From an uncultured delta proteobacterium (GTDB lineage: Bacteria; Desulfobacterota; Syntrophia; Syntrophales; UBA5619), in the NCBI GenBank assembly GCA_963817385.1, contig CAWFOM010000008.1, forward strand, positions 160,001 through 224,000: a stretch of DNA of 64,000 nt. The letters are read 5' to 3'. How positions within the stretch are numbered: position 1 is the first letter of the stretch; every line of letters begins with the position of its first letter. Positions 30,614-41,986 of this stretch are shown here, one piece after another. Under the pieces are notes generated by a model. That model was not told where the DNA came from, ran no database searches, and saw only the letters and a program-made list of their open reading frames with translations. Made by a program: the position numbers and the translations under genes.

Positions 30614-31552
30614 AGGGAATAGTAGGAGACGGTAGATCCGCTTCCGCGACACCCCGGTCTCCTGTACGATCCGGTCCGCGATATCCCGAAGTGAGAGGCC
30701 GTCTCCCTTCTCCTGCAGCTCCTCGCACCGATGAAGGAGTTCCTCATCCGAATACTCCTTCACTCGCCCGGAGCTGCCGGCTACTATGAGGGTTACCTCT
30801 CCCCTGACCACCTTCTCTCCCAGTTCGTTGATGACCGCGCCGGCCGGCCCTCTCAGGAATTCCTCGTAGATCTTGGTTATTTCCCGTGAAACTACCACTT
30901 CCCGTTCTCCCAGCAGTTCTTCGATATCGTGCAGGGAGGACAGCAACCTATGGGGGGATTCATAAAAGATGAGCGTCTTGACCTCGTCATGGAGCGAGGT
31001 CAAGAGCTGTCGACGTTTCCCCGATTTTGACGGCAGGAATCCGAGAAAAACAAAGCTGTCCATCGGCAGGCCGGAGACGCTGAGAGCGGCGATCAGCGCC
31101 GATGCTCCGGGAACCGGTGCTATCCGGATATCGCGGGCGATCGCTTCCCTGACCAGAATATATCCGGGATCGGAGATTCCTGGTGTTCCCGCATCAGAAA
31201 CATAGGCCACATCCTCTCCCCCTTGCAGCCTCGCAAGGAGCAGTCCGCTTTTCTTCAACTCATTCTGATCATAGAGACTGGTCAACGGGGTGACGATCTG
31301 ATACTTGTCGAGGAGAACCCGTGTCCGCCGCGTATCTTCGGCCGCAATCAGACATACCTCTTTCAACACCCGGATCGCCCGGATCGTCATGTCCTCGAGG
31401 TTGCCGATCGGGGTGGCCACCATGTAAAGCGTCCCCGTCGATCCGGATCCGCCCTTTTGCGGGCGTTCCGGAGGCTCTTGCCGCGGCGTCCGTGATTCGC
31501 GGAACGGCCCTCGGCGGTTTCCATCCCGGCGTTGTTGAAGTTTTCTACCCAT
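30611..31552 (-). CDS. rsmI: 16S rRNA (C1402-2'-O)-methyltransferase RsmI
   Basis: LYMVATPIGNLEDMT, AAEDTR, SDAGTPGISDPG, FYESPHR; start uncertain. Confidence 0.95.
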   Translation of the reverse strand: MGRKLQQRRDGNRRGPFRESRTPRQEPPERPQKGGSGSTGTLYMVATPIGNLEDMTIRAIRVLKEVCLIAAEDTRRTRVLLDKYQIVTPLTSLYDQNELKKSGLLLARLQGGEDVAYVSDAGTPGISDPGYILVREAIARDIRIAPVPGASALIAALSVSGLPMDSFVFLGFLPSKSGKRRQLLTSLHDEVKTLIFYESPHRLLSSLHDIEELLGEREVVVSREITKIYEEFLRGPAGAVINELGEKVVRGEVTLIVAGSSGRVKEYSDEELLHRCEELQEKGDGLSLRDIADRIVQETGVSRKRIYRLLLFP

Positions 31553-31736
31553 AAACGAAATACGGTGATTCTCCGTAAAATGCACCCGCTCGATAAATTG
31601 ATTGACAGATAAAATCTTTCTGTGATTTATAGCATTGCGACGGTGCAATTGCGAGAAAAACAGCCTCCTCGGAACAACAGCTTCCCGGAGAGAGGATTAT
31701 CGGGAGATTCACCATGGGTTATGAGGGATTGGCGCA

Positions 31737-32669
31737 ATGAAGCGGATTCTCATCACGGGCGGCGCCGGCTTTCTCGGTTCACATCTTTGCGAACGGCTTC
31801 TCGCAGAGAAACACGAAGTGCTGTGCCTCGACAACTTCTTCACCGGAAGCAAGGATAACATCCGCCATCTGCTGGGAAATCCGCACTTTGAGTGCATCCG
31901 CCATGACATCACCAACCCGATCTACCTGGAGGTGGATCAGATCTATAACCTCGCCTGTCCAGCGTCCCCGGTCCATTACCAGTATAACCCCATCAAGACG
32001 ATAAAGACGAGCGTCATGGGCACTATCAATGCTCTGGGAATCGCCAAACGGGTGAAGGCCCGGATACTTCAGGCATCCACCTCCGAGGTGTACGGAGATC
32101 CGGAGGTCCATCCCCAGAGGGAGGATTACTGGGGGCGCGTAAACCCAATCGGGATCAGAAGCTGCTATGACGAGGGGAAACGGGCCGCCGAATGCCTGAT
32201 GATGGATTACCATCGCCAGAACCGGGTCGATGTGAAGATCGTCCGCATTTTCAACACCTACGGGCCGCGGATGGCCGTCCGCGATGGACGCGTCGTCAGC
32301 AATTTCATCGTGCAGGCCCTAAAAGGGGAAGCGATCACCGTCTATGGCGACGGGTCACATACCCGTTCCTTCTGTTATGTGGACGACTTGATCGACGGCA
32401 TGATCCTGATGATGAACTCCGCGGAAGACTTCACCGGTCCCGTCAACCTCGGCACCCCGGAGGAATTCACGATCCTGGAGCTGGCGCGGACGCTGATCGG
32501 GATGACCGGTTCTGCCTCACGGATCGACATCCGAGAGCTCCCCCAGGATGATCCCGTCCAGCGACGGCCGGACATCACCCTGGCCCGGGAAAAGCTCGGA
32601 TGGGAGCCCCGGGTGTCGCTCACGGAAGGTCTGAAAAAAACGATCGCCTATTTTCAGAAAGTTCTCTGA
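31737..32669 (+). CDS. uxs: UDP-glucuronate decarboxylase (UDP-xylose synthase)
   Basis: [32 protein letters not shown]. Confidence 0.93.
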   Translation: MKRILITGGAGFLGSHLCERLLAEKHEVLCLDNFFTGSKDNIRHLLGNPHFECIRHDITNPIYLEVDQIYNLACPASPVHYQYNPIKTIKTSVMGTINALGIAKRVKARILQASTSEVYGDPEVHPQREDYWGRVNPIGIRSCYDEGKRAAECLMMDYHRQNRVDVKIVRIFNTYGPRMAVRDGRVVSNFIVQALKGEAITVYGDGSHTRSFCYVDDLIDGMILMMNSAEDFTGPVNLGTPEEFTILELARTLIGMTGSASRIDIRELPQDDPVQRRPDITLAREKLGWEPRVSLTEGLKKTIAYFQKVL

Positions 32670-32690
32670 AGATAATCTATTGAGGACGCT

Positions 32691-34067
32691 ATGACCTTTG
32701 AAAAGAACATTCTCTGCATCGGGGCCGGTTATGTCGGCGGCCCGACCATGGCCATGATTGCCTACAAGTGCCCCCGCTACCGAGTGACGGTCGTGGACAT
32801 CAACCCCGAGCGGATTGCTGCCTGGAATTCCGCCGATCTCCCCATCTTCGAACCGGGTCTGGATAGCCTCGTCGGGGCAACACGCGGAAGGAATCTCTTT
32901 TTCAGCACCGATATCGAAACGGGCATCCGGGAGAACGACATCATCTTCGTCAGCGTAAACACACCGACCAAGTCCTTCGGTCTCGGGGCCGGCATGGCCG
33001 CCGATCTTCAGCACTGGGAAAAGACCGCCCGGCAGATCCTTGAGTTCTCGGAATCGTCCAAGATCGTCATCGAAAAGAGCACCCTGCCGGTGAAGACCGC
33101 GCTCGCCATGGAACGGATCCTGAATTGCCGAGAGAACGGCATCTGTTTCGACGTCCTCTCCAATCCCGAGTTCCTGGCGGAGGGAACGGCTGTCCGCGAT
33201 CTGGAAGAACCGGATCGCATCCTCATCGGTTCGCGCGAAACGGATCGAGGCCTGCAAGCGAGAGAGACCCTGGTCGATATTTACGCGAACTGGATTTCCC
33301 GGGAGAAGATCATCACGTCCAACATCTGGAGCAGCGAGCTCTCCAAGCTTGTCTCCAACGCCTTTCTTGCCCAGCGGATCTCCTCGATTAATGCCATCTC
33401 CGCCCTCTGTGAAAAGGCGGAGGCGGATGTCACCGAGGTCGCACGCGCCGTGGGGATGGACAGCCGGATCGGCCCGAAGTTTCTCAACGCCAGCATCGGG
33501 TTCGGCGGCTCCTGCTTCAAGAAAGATATTATGAACCTCGTCTACCTCTGCCGACATTACGCCCTCGATGAGGTCGCCGATTACTGGGAAAGCGTCGTTG
33601 CTATCAACCGCTACCAGCAGGAGCGTTTCATCGGAAACATGCTGGGTGCGATGTTCAACACCCTGGCCGGGAAGAAGATCTGCCTGTGGGGCTTCTCATT
33701 CAAGGCGAATACGGGGGATACCCGGGAAAGCCCCGCCATCTTCATTGCCAACCGGCTTATCGAGGAACGCGCCGAGATCATTGTTTCCGATCCGAAGGCG
33801 CTGAAGAATGCCCGGACAGATCTTGCCGGAGCAGGGGGGGTTGTCAGTTATATCGAAGATCCGTCCCGTGCCGCGGAGGGTTGTCATGCCATTGTCCTTA
33901 TGACCGAGTGGGACATCTACCGGAATCTCGACTTCCGGAGAATTTTCGACTCCATGGCGCAGCCCGCCTTTATCTTTGACGGCCGGAACGTCCTGGACCA
34001 TCGCCATTGCTTTGATATCGGCTTCAACGTGTATCCAGTGGGCAAACCCCCTCTGACCCACTTCTGA
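32691..34067 (+). CDS. ugd: UDP-glucose 6-dehydrogenase
   Basis: GAGYVG, EKST, NPEFLAEG, GFGGSCFKKD. Confidence 0.96.
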   Translation: MTFEKNILCIGAGYVGGPTMAMIAYKCPRYRVTVVDINPERIAAWNSADLPIFEPGLDSLVGATRGRNLFFSTDIETGIRENDIIFVSVNTPTKSFGLGAGMAADLQHWEKTARQILEFSESSKIVIEKSTLPVKTALAMERILNCRENGICFDVLSNPEFLAEGTAVRDLEEPDRILIGSRETDRGLQARETLVDIYANWISREKIITSNIWSSELSKLVSNAFLAQRISSINAISALCEKAEADVTEVARAVGMDSRIGPKFLNASIGFGGSCFKKDIMNLVYLCRHYALDEVADYWESVVAINRYQQERFIGNMLGAMFNTLAGKKICLWGFSFKANTGDTRESPAIFIANRLIEERAEIIVSDPKALKNARTDLAGAGGVVSYIEDPSRAAEGCHAIVLMTEWDIYRNLDFRRIFDSMAQPAFIFDGRNVLDHRHCFDIGFNVYPVGKPPLTHF

Positions 34068-34310
34068 TGGATACCTTCAATATCACCATCATCGGGGCCG
34101 GCGTTATCGGTCTTGCTCTCGCGGAAGAGCTGCTCGCGCATTACCGAGACGTTCTGGTCGTGGGAAAAAACACCGAGTTCGGCCAGGAGACGAGCTCACG
34201 CAACAGTGAGGTTATCCATGCCGGAATCTACTTTCCGCCCGACTTTCTCAGGACCGTCTTCTGCGTCGCGGGGAGCCCCCTCCTCCATGAACTCTGCCGG
34301 AAGCGATATC
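34067..34310 (+). pseudogene. Truncated FAD-dependent oxidoreductase (LhgO-like), first ~80 codons
   Basis: IIGAGVIGLA, GQETSSRNSEVIHAGIY; similarity ends before convergent yraN. Confidence 0.75.
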
Positions 34311-34349
34311 CGTCAAAACGGTTCCGCACTCAATGCTCTTCGGTGACGC

Positions 34350-34721
34350 TCAACCGCAGGAGAGTTCGAAGGCATTCCGGATCAGTTCGATCTGATCTCC
34401 CGCCGGGAATAGTTTCACTGCCACAACATCAAACCGCGCCGGGCGGTGGCGCAGGCGGTGCTCGGAAAGATAATGAAGCGCTATTTTTGAGATTTTTTTC
34501 TGTTTGTCGCGGCCGACGGCGAGTTGAGGTGCTCCGTACGCATCAGAGCGCCGGCTCTTAACCTCGACAAAGACCAGGGTCTCACCCTCCTCGGCTACAA
34601 TATCGATCTCACCGAAGACACAGCGATAATTTCGCTCGATGATCCGGTAGCCCGCCTCCGCAAGGTAAGCCGCGGTCAGGTCCTCTCCCTTTTTCCCCGT
34701 GCGCGTTCCCGTCAGCGACAT
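34350..34721 (-). CDS. yraN: YraN family protein (UPF0102)
   Basis: GEIDIVA, FVEVKSR, RFDVV. Confidence 0.93.
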   Translation of the reverse strand: MSLTGTRTGKKGEDLTAAYLAEAGYRIIERNYRCVFGEIDIVAEEGETLVFVEVKSRRSDAYGAPQLAVGRDKQKKISKIALHYLSEHRLRHRPARFDVVAVKLFPAGDQIELIRNAFELSCG

Positions 34722-34752
34722 GGCAGTTTTTTTATTGTGGATTCAGGATTCT

Positions 34753-35394
34753 TCAAAGTCCCAATGTTGCGTTGACGTACGGGTCATCTATTTCGGGAAC
34801 CCTAAACGAGCTCCGGTGAATCTTGCAGCGGCCGTATCGAGTGATCGCCTCCCGGTGCTCCCGTGTGCCGTATCCCTTGTTCCTGAAGAAATTATACTGC
34901 GGAAACTGCCGGTGGTACATCTCCATGATTCGATCGCGCGACACCTTCGCCACAATGGACGCCGACGCCACGGAGATGCTCCATCCGTCGCCGCGGACGA
35001 TAGTTTCTTGCGGTATAGGAACTGATATCCGGCTCAGGCCATCGATGAGAAGATAATCAGGACAGGGGAAAAGAGTGAGGACCGCCTCCTTCATGGCGAC
35101 AAGCGTCGCCTGTAGGATATTCACGGCATCGATCACCGGCGCCTCGACGACGCCGATACCGATCGCCACCGCGTCCCGCTGAATGACCTCGTAGAGCCTC
35201 TCTCTCTGACGGGGGCTCAGTTTTTTGGAATCGTTTATCTCCGGATCTTCATAATCCGGCGGCAGGACCACGGCGGCGGCAATCACCGGACCTGCCAGAG
35301 GTCCACGACCAGCCTCGTCTATCCCAGCGATACGTTGATAGCCTCGTCCGCTGGCATCGCGTTCGAAACTCCTCATATCTCGGGGCGCCCTCAC
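34753..35394 (-). CDS. rnhB: Ribonuclease HII
   Basis: GIDEAGRGPLAGPV, DSKKL, ASIVAKVSRD. Confidence 0.97.
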   Translation of the reverse strand: MRAPRDMRSFERDASGRGYQRIAGIDEAGRGPLAGPVIAAAVVLPPDYEDPEINDSKKLSPRQRERLYEVIQRDAVAIGIGVVEAPVIDAVNILQATLVAMKEAVLTLFPCPDYLLIDGLSRISVPIPQETIVRGDGWSISVASASIVAKVSRDRIMEMYHRQFPQYNFFRNKGYGTREHREAITRYGRCKIHRSSFRVPEIDDPYVNATLGL

Positions 35395-35439
35395 GCCGCC
35401 TCCTCTTCCCTGCCGTATTCATTCCCACCGGGGGAGAAG

Positions 35440-35784
35440 CTACTTTCCCGCCTCTTTGATCCTGGCCTGCTTGCCTCTCAGGCTGCGCAGATAATACAAG
35501 CGTGAGCGCCTAACCTTCCCGCGCGTCACCAATTCGATCTTGTCGATGGAGGGGGAATGGAGCGGAAAGGTTTTCTCGACGCCGACTCCATACGAGATCT
35601 TCCTGACGGTAAAATTGGATCGCACATCACCCCGTCTCCGACGGATGACGACCCCTTCAAATGCCTGAATCCTCTGCTTCTGCCCTTCCACGATACGAAC
35701 AAAGACCTTAACGGTATCGCCCGTTCTGAAATCGGGGATATCTCCCCGCATCTGTTCCTTTTCCAGTATTTCCATGGCATTCAT
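35440..35784 (-). CDS. rplS: 50S ribosomal protein L19
   Basis: [19 protein letters not shown]. Confidence 0.98.
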   Translation of the reverse strand: MNAMEILEKEQMRGDIPDFRTGDTVKVFVRIVEGQKQRIQAFEGVVIRRRRGDVRSNFTVRKISYGVGVEKTFPLHSPSIDKIELVTRGKVRRSRLYYLRSLRGKQARIKEAGK

Positions 35785-35838
35785 AACGTTGAACTCCTTC
35801 TTTATCCTGTACGGTAGTTATTCATTCATGGATGACCG

Positions 35839-36567
35839 CTATTCGACCTCTTCGGCCAACCAGCTTTTCTCCTCATCCGTCAGAACCGCGTCCATCAAAA
35901 GGTCCGGCCTCCTCTTGCGAGTCCGCAACAGGGATTCTCTCCGGCGCCACAGCTCAATCTGCCGGTGATTCCCCGAGAGAAGCACGTCGGGGACCTTCCA
36001 TCCCCGATATTCCGCGGGCCTCGTGTAGTGGGGATATTCCAGAAGCCCCATGGAAAACGAGTCGGCCCCGGCGGAATCGCAATTACCGAGTACCCCCGGA
36101 ACCAGCCGAGAAACGGCATCCACCACCACCATAGCCGACAGTTCGCCTCCGGTCAGAACATAATCTCCGATGGAGATTTCACGATTGACCAGTTGCATCC
36201 TCACCCGTTCATCAACTCCCTCATAATGCCCGCAGACCAGGACAAGTTGCGGATAGGCGGCCAGTCCCTCTGCCATTTTCTGGCAGAAACGCTCACCCTG
36301 TGGCGTCAGCAAGATAATCGGGACTTCCTCGCCCATTATCGGAATGGCGCGGAGAGACCGATCGATGGGTTCGGCCTTCATGACCATTCCGCCTCCTCCG
36401 CCATAGGGAGCATCGTCGGTCATGCGATGTTTGTCTTCGGCGTGGTCACGGATATCATGGAGTTGAATTTCGATCAACCCCTTGTCCAGGGCCTTCTTCA
36501 AGAGGCTGCATCCGCAGGGGGAAGCGAACATCTCCGGGAAGACAGTCAGGATGTCAAAGCGGATCAT
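35839..36567 (-). CDS. trmD: tRNA (guanine-N1)-methyltransferase
   Basis: [33 protein letters not shown]. Confidence 0.98.
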   Translation of the reverse strand: MIRFDILTVFPEMFASPCGCSLLKKALDKGLIEIQLHDIRDHAEDKHRMTDDAPYGGGGGMVMKAEPIDRSLRAIPIMGEEVPIILLTPQGERFCQKMAEGLAAYPQLVLVCGHYEGVDERVRMQLVNREISIGDYVLTGGELSAMVVVDAVSRLVPGVLGNCDSAGADSFSMGLLEYPHYTRPAEYRGWKVPDVLLSGNHRQIELWRRRESLLRTRKRRPDLLMDAVLTDEEKSWLAEEVE

Positions 36568-37073
36568 GCTTCCGTAAGCCCTTTCAATAACCGGACTACC
36601 ATGATTCTGCGATCCATATCGATGTTCCTGACCACATCGTCGATTGCGGGAAGCAGGATCTCCTTCTCCTCTCCCTGACAGACATAGACATCGTTGCTCC
36701 CGGTCGGGAACACGGATGAAATCCTGCCGAGAACCTGCTCTTCTTCCGAGACGACCTGAAGTCCGATGATATCAAGCCAGTAATACTCCCCTTCGGGAAG
36801 TTTCTTCAGCTTGTCTGGAGGCATCCAGACGAACGAACCTACCAGCCGTGCAGCCGCGGCACTATCCTCGATCCCGCCGAGTTTCAGAAGGAAAAATTCC
36901 CTCCCCGGCTGTACTGCATCCAACGGAAACGGTACGGCTTCGGGTATTCTCCTGCCGACAAACACTTTCGGAAGATTGTTCAGCACATCCTGCGATTCAA
37001 GATACGACAAGACCTTCATGCGGCCTGCCAGGCCATGAGATCGGATGATCCTGCCTATTTCAAGGAGCTCCAT
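36564..37073 (-). CDS. rimM: Ribosome maturation factor RimM
   Basis: [29 protein letters not shown]. Confidence 0.95.
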   Translation of the reverse strand: MELLEIGRIIRSHGLAGRMKVLSYLESQDVLNNLPKVFVGRRIPEAVPFPLDAVQPGREFFLLKLGGIEDSAAAARLVGSFVWMPPDKLKKLPEGEYYWLDIIGLQVVSEEEQVLGRISSVFPTGSNDVYVCQGEEKEILLPAIDDVVRNIDMDRRIMVVRLLKGLTEA

Positions 37074-37080
37074 GAGGACA

Positions 37081-37311
37081 TCATTCGATAATTTCGAGAA
37101 CGGTTCGCTTGCGAATCTTTGTTGACGCCGCACTTAGGATGGTTCTCATCGCCTTGGCCGTTCTGCCTTGCTTGCCGATGACCTTACCCAGATCTTCTTT
37201 AGCAACCCTCAGTTCGATGACGGAAGTCTGTTCCCCCACGATTTCGGAGACTGCGACCATGTCGGGGTTATCCACCAAAGCTTGAGCCATGTACTTGATC
37301 AACTCTTTCAT
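37081..37311 (-). CDS. khpA: KH-domain RNA-binding protein KhpA
   Basis: [13 protein letters not shown] between rpsP and rimM. Confidence 0.93.
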   Translation of the reverse strand: MKELIKYMAQALVDNPDMVAVSEIVGEQTSVIELRVAKEDLGKVIGKQGRTAKAMRTILSAASTKIRKRTVLEIIE

Positions 37312-37338
37312 CGCCAACCTCCAGAGTTCCTAAAAAAG

Positions 37339-37584
37339 TTAAACCCTGATCCCTTTCTTTTCAAGCAACTGAGATACCGTTAGCGTCGGCTTGGCGCCTT
37401 TCGAAATCCATTCGCGGACGCGATCCTCTTTCAGGATAACTTCTGCGGGGTTCTTCCCTGGATTGTAATTTCCCAATATTTCCAGAAACTTTCCATCCCT
37501 TGGGCACTCGGAATTGGCCACCACCACCCGGTAGCTGGGTTTGCCTTTTGCACCTATTCGTGTCAATCGTATTTTTACCGCCAT
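37339..37584 (-). CDS. rpsP: 30S ribosomal protein S16
   Basis: MAVKIRL, PRDGKFLEILGNYNP. Confidence 0.98.
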   Translation of the reverse strand: MAVKIRLTRIGAKGKPSYRVVVANSECPRDGKFLEILGNYNPGKNPAEVILKEDRVREWISKGAKPTLTVSQLLEKKGIRV

Positions 37585-37653
37585 CCTCTGTATTGATCAC
37601 CTCCTTGAGTTATATTTTCACAGACCGGTCTATATACCATATCTTTTTGCGCA

Positions 37654-38985
37654 TTAAAAGGGGAAATTACCCCTCTGCATCGATTTTATTCCCCCTTTGG
37701 TCATCCGCCTCATCATCTTTCGCATCCCCATGTAATTTTTCAGCAGACGATTGACGTCCTGGACTGTTGTCCCGCTCCCCCGCGCGATTCTCTTGCGCCT
37801 GCTCCCATCGATAATCAGATGGTTCTGACGCTCCTTTCGGGTCATGGAATCGATGATCGCCGTGATACGGACAAGTTCGCCCTCGTCCGGCGTTGCATCC
37901 GTGATGGCCTTGATCTTTTTCATTCCCGGAATCATGCCCAGGATCTCCTGGATCGATCCCATTTTCCTGATCTGGGTCAACTGGCTGCGGAAATCATCGA
38001 GGGTAAATCCATTCTTCCGGATCTTCTGTTCCAGAACCCGCGCCTCCCGCGTATCCATCGTCGCCTGCGCCTTCTCCACCAGGGTCAGGACATCGCCCAT
38101 GCCGAGTATCCGCGAGGCCATGCGCTCGGGGTGGAAAACCTCCAGGGCATCGGTCTTTTCACCGACGCCAATGAACTTGATAGGCTTGCCGATGACCGCC
38201 TTCAGCGAAAGAGCTGCGCCGCCGCGGGCATCGCCGTCCATCTTGGTCATGATCACGCCGTCAATCCCTAAGATCTCATCAAAGCGGCCCGCCACATTGA
38301 CCGCATCCTGTCCCGTCATAGCGTCTGCGACAAAGAGAATCTCGGAGGGGTTGATCAGCGTCTTGATTCTCTTGAGTTCATCCATCATCTCCGCATCGAT
38401 GGAGAGCCTTCCCGCCGTATCCACGATGACCACCTCGTAGCCCCTGAGCCTTCCCTCTTCCATCGCCTTTCCGCAAATCCCGACCGGGTCCTGGGAACAG
38501 GCCGCATCAAAAACACCGGCGCCGATCTGCTCGCCGAGAACCTTCAGTTGCTCCATGGCGGCAGGTCGGTAAACATCCGCCGAGACCAGATAGACCCTTT
38601 TCCCCTGAGCGGCCACGAAACGCGCAAGCTTCGCTGCGGTTGTCGTTTTTCCACATCCCTGAAGACCTGCCAGCATGATCGGCGCAGGAATTCGGCTGCC
38701 GAACTTCAGCTGACTGCTCACACCGCCCATAAGTTCTACCAGGCGATCATGAACGATCTTCACCACCTGCTGTCCGGGGGTGATGCTGTCCAGGACCTTC
38801 TGCCCCACCGCCCTCTTCCGGATATCCTCGATGAAATCACGAACAACGCGGAAATTTACATCGGCCTCGAGCAGGGCCATGCGGATCTCCTTGAGGGCCG
38901 ACTGGATATTCTCCTCGTCCAGACGCCCCCGTCCTCTCAGTTTCCGGAAGACGCCGTCCAGCTTTTCGGTAAGACTTTCAAACAT
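37654..38985 (-). CDS. ffh: Signal recognition particle protein Ffh
   Basis: GLQGCGKTT, DTAGR, DGDARGGAALS, M domain. Confidence 0.98.
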   Translation of the reverse strand: MFESLTEKLDGVFRKLRGRGRLDEENIQSALKEIRMALLEADVNFRVVRDFIEDIRKRAVGQKVLDSITPGQQVVKIVHDRLVELMGGVSSQLKFGSRIPAPIMLAGLQGCGKTTTAAKLARFVAAQGKRVYLVSADVYRPAAMEQLKVLGEQIGAGVFDAACSQDPVGICGKAMEEGRLRGYEVVIVDTAGRLSIDAEMMDELKRIKTLINPSEILFVADAMTGQDAVNVAGRFDEILGIDGVIMTKMDGDARGGAALSLKAVIGKPIKFIGVGEKTDALEVFHPERMASRILGMGDVLTLVEKAQATMDTREARVLEQKIRKNGFTLDDFRSQLTQIRKMGSIQEILGMIPGMKKIKAITDATPDEGELVRITAIIDSMTRKERQNHLIIDGSRRKRIARGSGTTVQDVNRLLKNYMGMRKMMRRMTKGGIKSMQRGNFPF

Positions 38986-39138
38986 TCAGTACGCTCTCTC
39001 CCTCCGTCGGCACGGTATCCACTCTCAAAGCTCTCCATACCACGCTACGGAGAGTTTCCTATCCTTAAGGAATAGACTATGCAGTACTTCGTTCGCTTAC
39101 CCCGCGGCATACCGCGGGGAATGCACTGGCCGCCGGAT

Positions 39139-39966
39139 TCAGCCGCCATTGCCTTCCCGGCCGGAGGAACGGATTACGAATTTCAGTCCGTTGACCTTCC
39201 CGGCCATCTGATCGGCCGCTTCCTGCGCCATCTCCCGGCTTTCAAAGCCTCCCACGATCACGCGAAACCACCGCCCCTTCCCGGGGAGTTCCTTCATCAC
39301 CACCCGGGGAGAGAATCCCAATGTCTTGAATTTCCTCACCAGTTGTTCAGCCTGGGACCTCTCCCGGTACGCGGCCACCTGGACCTCAAAACGACCCTTC
39401 ACCGGCAGCGCAATCTCCCCTGCCGGTGATTTTTTCACCCCGGTCTCTCCGGCTGGCTTCCCCTCCGGGGAGGGATTCAACTTCTTTACTCCCGCTTCGT
39501 CACCGGAAACCGGGGAGGGCGTTTCTCTCCTCATCACCCCGGGCATCCTCGCCGAAGACGGCGTCTCCGTCGAAGTTCTCGCCGGACTGCCCTGTTCGGC
39601 GGGAATCTCGGAAGTCTTGTGCTTCGCCGAGCCGACCTGGGTTCCCGCTGCGGCTCCTCCTTTCTTCCCTCCCAAGGTGTCATAAAAGGTCAGGCCGAAA
39701 TCGGCGCCGCCGGCGACCGGGTCCTCTTTGTTCCCCTGATTCACGGGCGGCGACGCACTCTTTCCCTGATTCGAAACGGCGGCGAGCAGGCGGTCACGAA
39801 TCAGTTCCGGGATACCGGACGTATACCTCTCCGGATAGGTCTCCATTTGCTTGCCGATGACGATACCAAGCAGGAAAATAGAGAAGAGCAGGAGGGACAT
39901 CCCGCTGATAAACAGGATCAGCCCCACCTTACCCAGCCTGAGTTCGAACACACGCCTGTTTTTCAT
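39139..39966 (-). CDS. SPOR-domain membrane protein (FtsN/DamX-like)
   Basis: N-terminal TM, LTFYDTL, low-complexity linker, FEVQVAAY..WFRVIVG; follows argS. Confidence 0.88.
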   Translation of the reverse strand: MKNRRVFELRLGKVGLILFISGMSLLLFSIFLLGIVIGKQMETYPERYTSGIPELIRDRLLAAVSNQGKSASPPVNQGNKEDPVAGGADFGLTFYDTLGGKKGGAAAGTQVGSAKHKTSEIPAEQGSPARTSTETPSSARMPGVMRRETPSPVSGDEAGVKKLNPSPEGKPAGETGVKKSPAGEIALPVKGRFEVQVAAYRERSQAEQLVRKFKTLGFSPRVVMKELPGKGRWFRVIVGGFESREMAQEAADQMAGKVNGLKFVIRSSGREGNGG

Positions 39967-39983
39967 GATTTCAAACGCTGTCG

Positions 39984-41648
39984 CTACATCTTTTCCGGAG
40001 CGGAGACCCCCAGCATGTTCAGGGCATTTTTCAGGACGGTCCGTATGGACATGACCAGAAACAACCTGGCCCCGGTGAGGGCGCCGTCATCGGAGATCAC
40101 TTTGTGCTTGTTGTAATAGCTGTGAAAGAGCCCCGCCAGATCGTTCAGGTAAAAGGTCAGGCGGTGGGGCTCCAGTGTTCGCGCCGCCCCCTCGACTACC
40201 TCGGGGAAACGGGTGATTGCCTTAATGAGGGTGATCTCTTCCGGCAATATCAGGAGAGGGAGATCCGCCTGACCGTAAGACGGCTTCATACATCCCCGTT
40301 CGGCCGCCATCCGGCTGATACTACAGATCCGGGCATAGGCGTACTGGACATAATAGACGGGATTCTCGTTCGACTGCCGCTTGGCCAATTCAAGATCGAA
40401 ATCGAGATGGCTGTCGGAACGCCGCATGAGAAAATTGTAACGAGCCGCGTCCTTCCCCACCTCATCCACAACCTCGCGGAGAGTGACAAACTCGCCGGAC
40501 CGCGTAGACATCGCTGCGGGCTTTCCGTCCCGCAGGAGGTTGACCAACTGGACCAGGATCACCTTGAGAGAGTCTTTCTCATATCCCAGGGCCTGCACGG
40601 CGGCTGACATCCGGGGGATATACCCGTGATGATCGGCGCCCCAGATGTCGATGACGGTCTCGAATCCCCGCTGAAACTTGTTTCGGTGATAGGCGATATC
40701 CGCGGCGAAGTAAGTCGGATCCCCGTTCTGCCGGACGACAACGCGATCCTTGTCGTCGCCGAACGAGGTGGTCCTGAACCAGAGCGCGTCACCCTCGGAA
40801 TAGATGAAGTCCTTCTCCTGCAGCGTCCGGAGGAGTTTCCCCACGCCGTCATCCCGGTACAGCTCCCGTTCGCTGAAATAACAGTCGAAAACGACGCCGA
40901 AGGTCCGGAGGTCCTCCTTGATCCCTTCGAGGATGGCGCTTGCGGCATAATCGGTAAAAAGAGCGCTGGCCTCTTGCGGATCCAGATCGAGATAGCGCGT
41001 CCCGTCCCTTTTCACGAGCTCGGCGGCGACCTCTTTGATGTAATCCCCCCGGTAGCAACCGTCGGGGAATTCCGCTTGTCCGCCCAGGTGCTCCCGGTAG
41101 CGCAGAAATACCGATTTCCCCAGGTTATTCATCTGGTTGCCGGCGTCATTAATATAGTATTCCCGGAAGACCTGATAACCGACGGCCGCAAGGATATTCG
41201 CCATGACATCGCCTACGACGGCGCCGCGCGCATGTCCGATGTGGAGCGGCCCCGTAGGGTTGGCGCTGACGAACTCCACCTGGATGCGGCGCCCCTTTCC
41301 CAGATCTGCTGTCCCGTACCGATCGCCCTCACGGTCGACAGCTTCGAGCAGTGACGACCAGCAACCCTCCCGGATGAAAAAATTCACGAATCCCGGACCG
41401 GCGATCTCAATCTTCTCCAAGACTCCTCCGGCGTCATCGATCTTCTCCGAAAGGATCTTTGCGATTTCCCGGGGATTCTTTCCGGCCTGCGCGGCAAGGA
41501 CCATCGCCACATTGGTCGCGTAATCCCCATGGCCGGGATCCTTTGTCAGCTCCACTTCAATAGGAGGAACCGTCGCCACGGAGAGAAGCCCTCCTTCACT
41601 GCCCGTTTGAATTGATTTCTCCAGAAGCTTAACCAGCACCTGTTTCAT
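39984..41648 (-). CDS. argS: Arginine-tRNA ligase
   Basis: [26 protein letters not shown]. Confidence 0.98.
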   Translation of the reverse strand: MKQVLVKLLEKSIQTGSEGGLLSVATVPPIEVELTKDPGHGDYATNVAMVLAAQAGKNPREIAKILSEKIDDAGGVLEKIEIAGPGFVNFFIREGCWSSLLEAVDREGDRYGTADLGKGRRIQVEFVSANPTGPLHIGHARGAVVGDVMANILAAVGYQVFREYYINDAGNQMNNLGKSVFLRYREHLGGQAEFPDGCYRGDYIKEVAAELVKRDGTRYLDLDPQEASALFTDYAASAILEGIKEDLRTFGVVFDCYFSERELYRDDGVGKLLRTLQEKDFIYSEGDALWFRTTSFGDDKDRVVVRQNGDPTYFAADIAYHRNKFQRGFETVIDIWGADHHGYIPRMSAAVQALGYEKDSLKVILVQLVNLLRDGKPAAMSTRSGEFVTLREVVDEVGKDAARYNFLMRRSDSHLDFDLELAKRQSNENPVYYVQYAYARICSISRMAAERGCMKPSYGQADLPLLILPEEITLIKAITRFPEVVEGAARTLEPHRLTFYLNDLAGLFHSYYNKHKVISDDGALTGARLFLVMSIRTVLKNALNMLGVSAPEKM

Positions 41649-41986
41649 GAACAACCATTCCTCAATACGAAAAAAGTTGGCCGCAAGGCCAACCCGTTGC
41701 CCCTTACTCACGCCAGGAGCAGATTATCCGGATACCGTATCCGTTACCGACCCGCTCGGATGCCCTGCCGCCTGTCGATGCATCACGCCCGACTACCCTG
41801 ATGATGATAACCTTCCATCTCCATGATAGCGACCCTTCAAGGCAGGCGTTCCCTTCGACCGTTTGGCGTCTACCCTATCGTGATGTCGATTTGAAGTCAA
41901 GAAAATTGACAATGGAAAAGTGGCGCGTTACCCCAATGCGGATGTCCCTCGCTTCAGAAACTGAGGGACATCCGGACAGGCGACTA

